A stretch of 47,576 nt of DNA, from contig DIQT01000007.1 in the NCBI GenBank assembly GCA_002427365.1, positions 1 to 47,576 of the forward strand. Reading direction: 5' to 3'. Of the stretch, positions 1 through 8,927 are shown piece after piece (the stretch's first letter is position 1; each line of letters begins with the position of its first letter). The notes beneath the pieces are model-generated. The model was not told the DNA's origin. It was given only the letters and a program-made list of their open reading frames with translations, and made no database searches. The DNA is from Bacillales bacterium UBA5455 (lineage in GTDB: Bacteria; Bacillota_I; Bacilli_A; RFN20; CAG-826). Both the position numbers and the translations under genes were made by a program.

Positions 1-2
1 TC

Positions 3-473
3 GTTTCTATTTATGTAACGGATAAAAAAGTCTTGTTCTCCTTTAACTCCACGGTTGTTTCAAGTCGCTTAATTGCTGGCGAATATCCAAGTGTTCGGAA
101 TATTGTTCCAAGTAACTACGGCTATTATCTTGAAGCAAATGCAGAAGAATTACTTAAAGCGATGGACCGGGTGGCATTATTAAACGTTAACGAACGGGAA
201 AGCATCATTAAACTTACAATGAGTGATAGCGGTGTTTATCTTTCCACAAAATCCGCTCAAGCTGGTAGTGCAATCGAATCATTAAGCACATGCCAATTTA
301 CCGGTGAACGACTTGAAATTAGTTTTAACTCGAACTTCGTCGCATCCGCGGTGCGGGCGTGTAAATCTCAAGATGTAATTATCGGATTTGTTGGTGAAAT
401 GAAACCATTTAGTGTTCGTAATGTCGCTGATGATTCGCACATCCAAATTATCACGCCAGTACGCACATATTAG
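3..473 (+). CDS. dnaN: DNA polymerase III beta sliding clamp, 5'-truncated by the window edge
   Basis: Frame is open from base 3. SRLIAGEYP, ISFNSNFV and the C-terminal IITPVRTY match beta-clamp motifs. Position upstream of yaaA-recF-gyrB is canonical. Confidence 0.97.
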   Translation, partial: VSIYVTDKKVLFSFNSTVVSSRLIAGEYPSVRNIVPSNYGYYLEANAEELLKAMDRVALLNVNERESIIKLTMSDSGVYLSTKSAQAGSAIESLSTCQFTGERLEISFNSNFVASAVRACKSQDVIIGFVGEMKPFSVRNVADDSHIQIITPVRTY

Positions 474-503
474 AGCCGTTTTTAGCGCTTAAAATAAACG
501 AAT

Positions 504-534
504 AAAAGGGAATAGTAATGTTCCCTTTTTCTTT
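504..534 (+). terminator. Rho-independent terminator after dnaN
   Basis: AAAAGGGAA(504-512) / TTCCCTTTT(521-529) stem followed by a T-rich tract. Confidence 0.7.
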
Positions 535-540
535 AAAAAA

Positions 541-549
541 TGGTATAAT
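541..549 (+). promoter_or_regulatory. Extended -10 promoter for yaaA-recF-gyrB-gyrA
   Basis: TGgTATAAT 28 nt before the yaaA ATG; no good -35. Confidence 0.65.
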
Positions 550-576
550 TAAGGCAGCGTAAAAAAGGGAGAAAAA

Positions 577-816
577 ATGGCATCAAAACTAGAAAAAATT
601 GCAATTGAAAGCGACTACATTACACTAGGACAATTACTTAAAAAAACGGGCTTAATTTATAACGGCGGCGCCGCGAAGTTTTTTTTGAATGAGAATCAAA
701 TTTTAGTGAACGATGTAAGTGATTCGCGCCGTGGTCGAAAGCTGCGGCCGGGTGATAAAATTGTAATTAATAACGAACGGTCATTTCTAATTACGGATGC
801 AAATCAAGAATCTTAA
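577..816 (+). CDS. yaaA: S4-domain RNA-binding protein, YaaA family
   Basis: YITLGQLLK...GGAAKFFL...RRGRKLRPGDKI motif; located between dnaN and recF. Confidence 0.93.
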   Translation: MASKLEKIAIESDYITLGQLLKKTGLIYNGGAAKFFLNENQILVNDVSDSRRGRKLRPGDKIVINNERSFLITDANQES

Positions 817-1876
817 ATTAACGAATTTCCGTAACTTCACCAATCTTGATTTAGACTTAGTAAAAGGTCTAAATGTCATCATTGGACAAAACGGTGTTGG
901 TAAAACAAATATTGTTGAAGCAATCCATTATCTCTCTTTAGCTCGGAGCTTTCGCACTAATGATGATCAAACACTAATTAATTTAAACGCAAGCGAAGCA
1001 AAGATTATCGCATCTTTGCATGATTCGAAGCGTGATTATTTATTAGAAATAACGATTAATCAAACCTCTAAGCGGGTTAAAGTTAACGACGTTCCGATAA
1101 ACCGACTTAGTCGCCTCGCGGAACTAGTAAACGTTATTGTCTTTGAACCGCAAGATGTTAATTTTTTCAACGTAAGCCCAGGCACAAGAAGAAAGTTTCT
1201 TGATGTTGGTTTAACAAAAACGAAAAATCAGTATTTACCAGCTTTAACAAAATATGAAAAACTTCTCAAAGAGCGAAATTTAACGTTGAAAGCTGATAAA
1301 ATCGATGATTTACAAATTGATGTCTTAACAAACCAAATGGTGGAAGTCGCGGAAGTAATTGTTAGAAATCGGCAAGAGTTCATCGAACGCTTAAATGAAA
1401 TTGTTCCAACGATTGTAAGCGAACTTGATGAAAAACTCGGCGAAGTAAAACTTGTCTATCATCCGTTTGTTGAAGTGAGTGACAACTTTAATAGTGATGC
1501 CCTTAAGGCATTTAAAAAGAACAAACATAACGATTATAAATATCGTTCAACTTCAACTGGCATCCAACGTGAAGATTTCGATACATTGTTAAACGGTCAA
1601 GACGTTGCGTTATTTGCCTCGCAAGGGCAGAAAAGAATAATCGCCCTCGCTATCATGTTAGCGCCGTATTTCCTCGCTAAGAATGAGAAAGAGCGACCAA
1701 TTGTTGTTCTTGATGACGCCTTAAGCGAACTTGATGTTCGGCATCAACAAAAATTAATTGCGTTTTTAAAAAAGATTGACCAAACATTTATTACAACAAC
1801 TACATTCCCCTTTAACGGAGATGAGTTATATGAAGTTAAAGACGACCAAAAAATAATTACAAGGAGGTTCGTATGA
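797..1876 (+). CDS. recF: DNA replication and repair protein RecF
   Basis: FRNF, Walker A GQNGVGKTN, SFRT, ASQGQKR and LDDALSELD motifs; canonical synteny. Confidence 0.97.
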   Translation: MQIKNLKLTNFRNFTNLDLDLVKGLNVIIGQNGVGKTNIVEAIHYLSLARSFRTNDDQTLINLNASEAKIIASLHDSKRDYLLEITINQTSKRVKVNDVPINRLSRLAELVNVIVFEPQDVNFFNVSPGTRRKFLDVGLTKTKNQYLPALTKYEKLLKERNLTLKADKIDDLQIDVLTNQMVEVAEVIVRNRQEFIERLNEIVPTIVSELDEKLGEVKLVYHPFVEVSDNFNSDALKAFKKNKHNDYKYRSTSTGIQREDFDTLLNGQDVALFASQGQKRIIALAIMLAPYFLAKNEKERPIVVLDDALSELDVRHQQKLIAFLKKIDQTFITTTTFPFNGDELYEVKDDQKIITRRFV

Positions 1877-3954
1877 GTAATCACGAAAAACCCAAAACAA
1901 AAAAAGAAATATTAGCTGAAGAAGAGCAAGATCGGAAAACGGCTGAAGCGAACGCTAAACGGGCAGAAATCCAAGAAGAAATTAACGAAATCGAAGAAGA
2001 AAGAAGTAAGGCAGACGCCGAATATACTGGTGAAAACATTCAAGTTCTTGAAGGTCTTGAAGCGGTAAGAAAACGGCCAGGGATGTACATTGCGACAACC
2101 TCATCAGCAGGTCTTCACCATTTAGTATGGGAAATTATCGATAATGGGATTGATGAAGTTTTAGCGCATTACGCAAACTTAATCGAAGTAACTTTAAACA
2201 AAGACGGTTCCGTTTCAATTAGCGATAACGGCCGGGGAATTCCGGTTGATAACGTTAAAGGCAGCGATATTAGCGCACTTGAAACCGTTTATACAAAGTT
2301 ACACGCTGGTGGTAAATTTGGCGTTGGCGGTGGCTATAAAGTATCGGGCGGACTCCATGGTGTTGGCGCAGCAGTTGTTAACGCTTTAAGTGAATGGCTA
2401 GAAGTTCATGTTTATCGGGGCGGACAAGAATATTATGTCCGGTTTGAAGATGGTGGCAAAACCGTTCAAAAACTAACCGTTATTGGTAAAACAGATAAAC
2501 AAGGAACTTTAGTTACATTTAAACCTGACTCAACAATATTTATAGAAACAACCACTTTTGATTATGCGGCGATTTCCAAACGCTGTAAACAAATGGCGTA
2601 TTTAAACCGCAAATTAAAAATTCGGGTTATAGATGACCGTGAAGAAAAACCAGTAAGTGAAACCTTCTATTATGAAGGCGGAATTATTCAATATGTCGCT
2701 GATTTAAACAAAAATAAACAACCAATGTTTGAAGAAGTTATTTACTGCGTTGGCGCTGATGACGTTCAAGTTGCTGGTAACGAACAACCAATCCACATCA
2801 TGGCGGAAGTTGCCTTGCAATATAACAACGAATATAACGAAAATATTTATTCATTCACGAATAACATTTTCACTAAAGAAGGTGGAACGCACCTTGATGG
2901 TTTTCGGTTAGCGTTAGGTCGGACGATTAATAAATACGCGCGGAGTACGGGTTATTTAAAAGAAAATGATGATAACTTTGAAACGAGTGACGCAATGCAA
3001 GGGTTAACCGCGATTGTTTCGGTTAAACACCCAAATCCTCAATACGAAGGACAAACGAAAACGAAACTCGGTAACTCCGAAGTTCGCCGTGTTGTCTCCC
3101 AAGTTGTTGGTGAACAATTAGAACAATTTTTATTAGAAAATCCAAAAACTGGTAAAAAGATTTTAGATAAAATTAATAGCGCAGCGGAAGAAAGAAACGC
3201 GATTAAGCGGGCAAGAGAAAATGTTCGCCGCAAATCCGCCCTCGATATTACAACCTTACCTGGTAAATTAGCGGATTGCTCATCAAAGAATCCGGAAGAA
3301 TGTGAACTATTTATCGTTGAAGGGAACTCCGCTGGTGGTTCAGCGAAAAACGGTCGTGACCGGCATACGCAAGCGATCTTACCACTACGCGGTAAAATAT
3401 TAAACGTGCAAAAAGCCCGTCAAAAGAGAATTTTTGATAATGCTGAAATTGGAAACATCATTTCGGCAATTGGGGCAGGGATGGATCCAGAATTTGATAT
3501 TAGCAAAATTCGTTATCATAAAATCGTTATTATGACGGATGCTGACGTTGATGGCGCTCACATTCGTGTCTTACTTTTAACCTTTTTTAACCGGTTTATG
3601 CATGATTTATTAGCGCAAGGCAACATTTATGTTGCGCAACCACCGCTATATAAATTAGAGTATCGTGGCAAACCTTATTACGCGTATAGCGATCACCAAT
3701 TACAAACAATTAAAGATGATCTTGGCCTACGGGATAACTTCCCATTCCAACGGTATAAAGGGTTAGGGGAAATGAATGCCGATCAACTTTGGGAAACAAC
3801 TATGAATCCTGAAAATCGTAAACTCGTTCAAATTACCTTACAAGATGGCGTTGAAGCTGATGAAGTATTTGAAAACTTAATGGGCGACGACGTTGAACCA
3901 AGAAGAGAATTTATTATAAATAACGCTAAGAAAGTTAAAAACTTAGACGTTTAG
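1873..3954 (+). CDS. gyrB: DNA gyrase subunit B with a ~50-aa charged N-terminal extension
   Basis: LEAVRKRPGMY, EIIDNGIDE, DNGRGIP, GGLHGVG, PLRGKILN, MTDADVDG and QRYKGLGEM. AGGAGG RBS lies inside the recF end, with an ATGA overlap. Confidence 0.98.
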   Translation: MSNHEKPKTKKEILAEEEQDRKTAEANAKRAEIQEEINEIEEERSKADAEYTGENIQVLEGLEAVRKRPGMYIATTSSAGLHHLVWEIIDNGIDEVLAHYANLIEVTLNKDGSVSISDNGRGIPVDNVKGSDISALETVYTKLHAGGKFGVGGGYKVSGGLHGVGAAVVNALSEWLEVHVYRGGQEYYVRFEDGGKTVQKLTVIGKTDKQGTLVTFKPDSTIFIETTTFDYAAISKRCKQMAYLNRKLKIRVIDDREEKPVSETFYYEGGIIQYVADLNKNKQPMFEEVIYCVGADDVQVAGNEQPIHIMAEVALQYNNEYNENIYSFTNNIFTKEGGTHLDGFRLALGRTINKYARSTGYLKENDDNFETSDAMQGLTAIVSVKHPNPQYEGQTKTKLGNSEVRRVVSQVVGEQLEQFLLENPKTGKKILDKINSAAEERNAIKRARENVRRKSALDITTLPGKLADCSSKNPEECELFIVEGNSAGGSAKNGRDRHTQAILPLRGKILNVQKARQKRIFDNAEIGNIISAIGAGMDPEFDISKIRYHKIVIMTDADVDGAHIRVLLLTFFNRFMHDLLAQGNIYVAQPPLYKLEYRGKPYYAYSDHQLQTIKDDLGLRDNFPFQRYKGLGEMNADQLWETTMNPENRKLVQITLQDGVEADEVFENLMGDDVEPRREFIINNAKKVKNLDV

Positions 3955-3970
3955 AAAGGGGTATAAGTAA

Positions 3971-6556
3971 ATGATTGATAATAATAATCAAATCCCACCA
4001 TTTGATGGTGATGATGATATTAAAGACGACGTAAATGTTAATGAAGAGCAGCAAGATCAACCTGCCGAAGAACATCATGAAGAAATTGCTTCAACAATTA
4101 TTTCCGGGATTGAAACTGGTGTCTTTGAAGTTGATGTAACAAGTGAAGTTCGTTCAGCTTTCCTTGATTACTCGATGTCTGTTATTGTTTCACGTGCTTT
4201 ACCCGATGTTCGCGATGGTTTTAAACCCGTTCACCGCCGGATAATTTACGCGATGAATGAATCAGGCATGACCCCTGATAAACCATATAAAAAATGCGCA
4301 CGGATTGTTGGGGATGTTATGGGGAAATATCACCCTCATGGCGACCAAGCAATTTATTCGACTCTTGTTAGATTAGCGCAACCATTCTCGATGCGTTATC
4401 CACTTGTGGAAGGTCATGGTAACTTTGGCTCAATTGATGGTGATGAAGCCGCGGCAATGCGGTATACCGAAGCGCGGTTATCAAAAATTTCGATGGAAAT
4501 GGTTCGTGACATTAACTATGATACAGTTGATTTTATTCCTAACTATGATGGAACTGAAAACGAACCATTAATTTTGCCTTCAAGAATTCCAAATTTATTA
4601 ATTAACGGTTCGTCTGGGATTGCCGTTGGGATGGCAACAAACATTCCGCCACATAACCTTAGCGAAGTAATTAATGCGATTCATTTAATTGCGAAAGAAC
4701 CTGATGTTTCACCATTAGAATTAATGAACGAATGTTTATATGGACCAGATTTTCCAACGGGCGGCATTATTTTAGGCCGTGGTGGAATTAAAAAAGCTTA
4801 TGAAACTGGTCAAGGATCAGTTGTTGTTCGCGCTAAAACACACGTCGAAACCTTAAGTAATGGCAAAACACGGATTGTTGTTGATGAAGTGCCATATATC
4901 GTTAATAAAGCACGGATGATTGAAAAAATTGCGGAATTAGTAAAAGAAAAACGTGTTGATGGAATTACGGATATTCGTGATGAATCAAACAAAGAAGGAA
5001 TTCGTGTTGTTATTGAATTAAGAAAAGATGTGATTCCTGAAGTTATTCTTAATCAATTATTTAAAATGACGCAACTTCAAAGTTCCTTTGGTGTCATTAT
5101 GCTAACAATTGTTGATGGAGAACCAAGAGTTTTACCAATCACAAAGATTTTGCAACAATATCTTGATTTCCAAATCGAAGTTACCGAAAGAAAAACACGG
5201 TACTTACTTGAAGAAGCCGAACTAAGAAAACACAAAGTTTCCGGTTTATTAAAAGCAATTGATTTCATTGATGAAATTGTTTCAATTATTAGAAATTCAA
5301 TCTCACCTGAAGAAGCGTCAATTAATTTACAAGAACGGTTTGATTTTGATGAAATTCAAACAAAAGAAATTCTTGCAATGACACTTAGACGGTTAACGGG
5401 ACTTGAAAAAGGAAAACTAGAAGCTGAATTTGCGACATTAGTGGAAAATATTGAAACATATACCCACATTTTAAGTAGTCGTGAAAATGTTCAAGAAGTT
5501 GTTCTTAACGATTTAGATGAAATTAAACAAAAATTTGGCGATGATCGGCGGACCGAAATTAGCGATGACTTATCAACGATTGATGATGAAGATTTAATTC
5601 CTGTTGATGACGTAGTTATTTCGCTCACAAACCGCGGATATATTAAACGGACCTCACCAGATGCATTTAGAATTCAACATCGGGGCGGTAAAGGCGTCAT
5701 CGGCATGCAAACTTTAAGTGATGATGTTGTTGAAAAACTTATTCACACAAATACGCACACCGACGTCTTATTCTTCACCAACTTGGGGAAGGTTTATCGA
5801 CTCCGTGCTTACCAAATTCCGGAAGGAAGTCGGACAGCACGCGGAATTCCTGTGCAAAACCTCATTGGTTTAGACCAAAACGAAACAGTAAAAACAATCA
5901 TTAGTATTGATAATGAAAAAGCAGATGATAATCACTTCCTTTTCTTTGTAACAAAAGAAGGGGTTGTCAAGCGGACATCATTAAAAGAATTCGAATCAAT
6001 TCGGGTAAATGGTAAGATTGCGCTTACGTTAAAAGAATGCGATGAATTACTTGATGTTAAACATACGGATGGAACAAATCAAATCGGTATTGCTTCGAAA
6101 GCGGGCAAGATGGTTAAGTTTGTCGAAGATGATATTCGCGCAGTCGGTCGGAATGCCCAAGGCGTAATCGGGATGAGCCTTGATGGTAGCGAAGTTGTTG
6201 GCGTTACAAGCTCTTCGGAAGGAAAACTCATTTTAGCCCTAAGTGAAAACGGGTTTGGCAAAATGTCATACGCTGATGATTATCGGTTAACAAAACGTGG
6301 CGCAAAAGGCGTTATCACGCTTAATGTAACCGAAAAAACCGGTCAATTAGTTGGAATTCGCGCAGTTAATGGCGATGAAGACTTATTAGTTATTACTGAA
6401 ACCGGCACAATGATTAGAATTAATTTGAGCCAAGTTAGTATTAGTGGAAGAAACACCCAAGGCGTACGGATTATTCGTCTTGATGAAGGTGTAAAAGTTA
6501 GTTCATTTACGATTGTTGCTCAAGACGATCTTGAAATCGAAGAAGAAACGGAGTAG
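3971..6556 (+). CDS. gyrA: DNA gyrase subunit A with an acidic N-terminal extension
   Basis: [15 protein letters not shown], catalytic [10 protein letters not shown], GyrA-box QHRGGKG and C-terminal beta-pinwheel repeats. Confidence 0.98.
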   Translation: MIDNNNQIPPFDGDDDIKDDVNVNEEQQDQPAEEHHEEIASTIISGIETGVFEVDVTSEVRSAFLDYSMSVIVSRALPDVRDGFKPVHRRIIYAMNESGMTPDKPYKKCARIVGDVMGKYHPHGDQAIYSTLVRLAQPFSMRYPLVEGHGNFGSIDGDEAAAMRYTEARLSKISMEMVRDINYDTVDFIPNYDGTENEPLILPSRIPNLLINGSSGIAVGMATNIPPHNLSEVINAIHLIAKEPDVSPLELMNECLYGPDFPTGGIILGRGGIKKAYETGQGSVVVRAKTHVETLSNGKTRIVVDEVPYIVNKARMIEKIAELVKEKRVDGITDIRDESNKEGIRVVIELRKDVIPEVILNQLFKMTQLQSSFGVIMLTIVDGEPRVLPITKILQQYLDFQIEVTERKTRYLLEEAELRKHKVSGLLKAIDFIDEIVSIIRNSISPEEASINLQERFDFDEIQTKEILAMTLRRLTGLEKGKLEAEFATLVENIETYTHILSSRENVQEVVLNDLDEIKQKFGDDRRTEISDDLSTIDDEDLIPVDDVVISLTNRGYIKRTSPDAFRIQHRGGKGVIGMQTLSDDVVEKLIHTNTHTDVLFFTNLGKVYRLRAYQIPEGSRTARGIPVQNLIGLDQNETVKTIISIDNEKADDNHFLFFVTKEGVVKRTSLKEFESIRVNGKIALTLKECDELLDVKHTDGTNQIGIASKAGKMVKFVEDDIRAVGRNAQGVIGMSLDGSEVVGVTSSSEGKLILALSENGFGKMSYADDYRLTKRGAKGVITLNVTEKTGQLVGIRAVNGDEDLLVITETGTMIRINLSQVSISGRNTQGVRIIRLDEGVKVSSFTIVAQDDLEIEEETE

Positions 6557-6590
6557 TTACAATTAAACTGTTGTTTTGAACAAAATAATC

Positions 6591-6623
6591 GACTCGTGGT
6601 ACAAAACCGCGAGTCTTTTTCTT
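6591..6623 (+). terminator. Rho-independent terminator after gyrA
   Basis: GACTCGTGGT(6591-6600)-acaaa-ACCGCGAGTC(6606-6615) then TTTTTCTTT. Confidence 0.85.
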
Positions 6624-6663
6624 TATATTTTGATTAATGAAGTTAAATAAGAAACATTGTTAT

Positions 6664-6692
6664 TTGATATTTAGTTCAAATACAAGTAAAAT
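6664..6692 (+). promoter_or_regulatory. Sigma-A promoter of the serS leader
   Basis: TTGATA-17 nt-TAAAAT just before the T-box. Confidence 0.7.
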
Positions 6693-6698
6693 AATAAT

Positions 6699-6908
6699 GT
6701 TCGGTGAATAGGCTAGTAATGGTGATGTCTCGATAGTGACTAATCGATAGTGAAAAGATTAGGTGATTGACCCATGAATTCCACCTAGGAGAACAAAGTG
6801 AAAGCTTTCGTTGCCTGCGTTAAAGGCATTTGAGATTAAATCAATGGAAACGTGATTTATGAAGATAGGTGGCACCACGTTATTAACGTCCTATGGGACG
6901 TTTTTCTT
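6699..6908 (+). promoter_or_regulatory. Serine T-box riboswitch leader
   Basis: Specifier loop GAA-T-TCC-A (Ser codon UCC, 6780-6782) closed by TAGG/CCTA. T-box AGGTGGCACCACG (6867-6879). Antiterminator AGG..ACG/CGTCCT. Terminator AACGTCC-tatg-GGACGTT plus U tract. Downstream gene is serS. Confidence 0.95.
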
Positions 6909-6928
6909 TATTTAAGGAGGGAAAACAA

Positions 6929-8206
6929 ATGCTAGATCTTAATTTAATTAGAAAGAATTCAAAGTTCGTTCATGACGCACTACTTAAAAAAGGGTGGGAT
7001 GTTGATTTTAGCGAACTACTTGCCAATGATGAAAGACGGCGGGAACTTTTAACCAACGTTGAAGCAAATAAAGCAGAACAAAATCGGTTATCTGCCTCAA
7101 TTCCTCAAGTCAAAAAAGCCGGTGGCGACATTACTCTAATCTTTGCCCGCGTTAAAGAACTAAAAGCGCTAAACGCTAGTGGCGAAGAAGAAATTGCGGA
7201 ACTTGAAAAGAAAATGCAAAAGTTCTTAGAAGTTCTTCCAAACCTTCCTGACCCTGACCTTGTGGATGGCGGAAAGGAAAATAACGTAGTATTGCAAGTA
7301 TATAACGAAAAACCAACGTTTGATTTCGTACCTAAAGACCATGTTGAATTATGCGAAAGCCTTGGCTTAATCGATTATAAACGGTCCGCAAAAATTAGTG
7401 GATCAGGCACATGGATTTATAAAAATCTTGGGGCGCAACTAGAATGGGCGCTGTTAAACTATTTTATTGACGAACATTTAGCGGATGGTTATGAAATGAT
7501 CTTACCACCGCATTTACTTAATTATGAAAGTGGCTATACCGCTGGACAATTTCCTAAATTTGAAGAAGATGTTTTCTGGCTTGAAGGAATGGAACCGCGG
7601 CGGTTTATGTTACCAACCGCGGAAACGGCGTTAGTTAACTTACACCGTAATGAAATTCTAAGCGAAGATGAATTACCAAAACGGTATTTTGGTGTAACAC
7701 CATGCTACCGCTCCGAAGCAGGAAGCTATCGGACCGAAGAACGCGGAATGATTAGAGGATATCAATTTAATAAAGTTGAAATGTTCCAATATGCGACTTT
7801 GGAAGGTAGTGATGCGGCTTTTGAAGAATTAGTTGGTAAAGCTGTCTCGTTAGTTAATAAATTAGGCCTACATTTCCGGCTTAGCAAACTTGCGGCGGGC
7901 GACTGCTCACATTCCATGGCGAGAACCTATGATGTTGAAGTTTGGATTCCTTCAATGGGAATTTATAAAGAAGTTAGTAGTGCATCGAACGCTCGTGATT
8001 ATCAAGCACGGCGCGGCATGATTAGATACCGGGAAAAAGAAAGTGGAAAAGTTCAATATCTCCACACCTTAAACGCTAGTGGTTTAGCGACAAGCCGTCT
8101 AATTCCCGCGATTGTGGAACAAAACCAACAAGGCGATGGTTCAGTTATCGTTCCTGAAGTATTAAGAAAATATTTACACGGACTTGAAGTAATTAAACCT
8201 CTTTAA
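6929..8206 (+). CDS. serS: Seryl-tRNA synthetase (start moved from 6893 to the ATG at 6929 behind GGAGGG)
   Basis: MLDLNLIR N-terminus, coiled-coil arm, LPTAE, motif 2 YRSEAG...FNKVE, EVSSASN and TLNASGLATSR; Ser T-box upstream. Confidence 0.97.
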   Translation: MLDLNLIRKNSKFVHDALLKKGWDVDFSELLANDERRRELLTNVEANKAEQNRLSASIPQVKKAGGDITLIFARVKELKALNASGEEEIAELEKKMQKFLEVLPNLPDPDLVDGGKENNVVLQVYNEKPTFDFVPKDHVELCESLGLIDYKRSAKISGSGTWIYKNLGAQLEWALLNYFIDEHLADGYEMILPPHLLNYESGYTAGQFPKFEEDVFWLEGMEPRRFMLPTAETALVNLHRNEILSEDELPKRYFGVTPCYRSEAGSYRTEERGMIRGYQFNKVEMFQYATLEGSDAAFEELVGKAVSLVNKLGLHFRLSKLAAGDCSHSMARTYDVEVWIPSMGIYKEVSSASNARDYQARRGMIRYREKESGKVQYLHTLNASGLATSRLIPAIVEQNQQGDGSVIVPEVLRKYLHGLEVIKPL

Positions 8207-8228
8207 TTTATATTTAAAGAAACAAAAA

Positions 8229-8257
8229 TAGACAAAAATATTTTACATTGCTATAAT
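8229..8257 (+). promoter_or_regulatory. Sigma-A promoter of the SRP RNA
   Basis: TAGACA-17 nt-TATAAT with extended -10 TGc. Confidence 0.8.
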
Positions 8258-8263
8258 AAGGCT

Positions 8264-8342
8264 GCCATCGCAATGGAGGAGTTTCGAACCAGGTCAGGAC
8301 GGGAACGTAGCAGCCTTAAGGAATGAGTTCATGTGCGGTGGT
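8264..8342 (+). ncRNA. ffs: Small (4.5S-type) signal recognition particle RNA, ~79 nt
   Basis: Helix 8 signature GAACCAGGTCAGG-ACG-GGAA-CGT-AGCAGC with GGAA tetraloop. Terminal stem GCCATCGCA/TGCGGTGGT. Own promoter; next to tadA as in Firmicutes. Confidence 0.93.
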
Positions 8343-8355
8343 TTTTATTTAATAA

Positions 8356-8823
<468 letters not shown>

Positions 8824-8927
8824 GGCATTTTTAATATAATGCCTAATCATAAATGCCGCATATAATGTTAAAATAAAAGTTAGGATACTTTTTTGCGATT
8901 TAAAAATGCGACGAAAGGCGGTTATTT

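Noticed and set aside
4396-4404. DnaA-box-like TTATCCACT
   Set aside because: A single 8/9 match inside the gyrA CDS with no cluster; oriC is expected upstream of the window.
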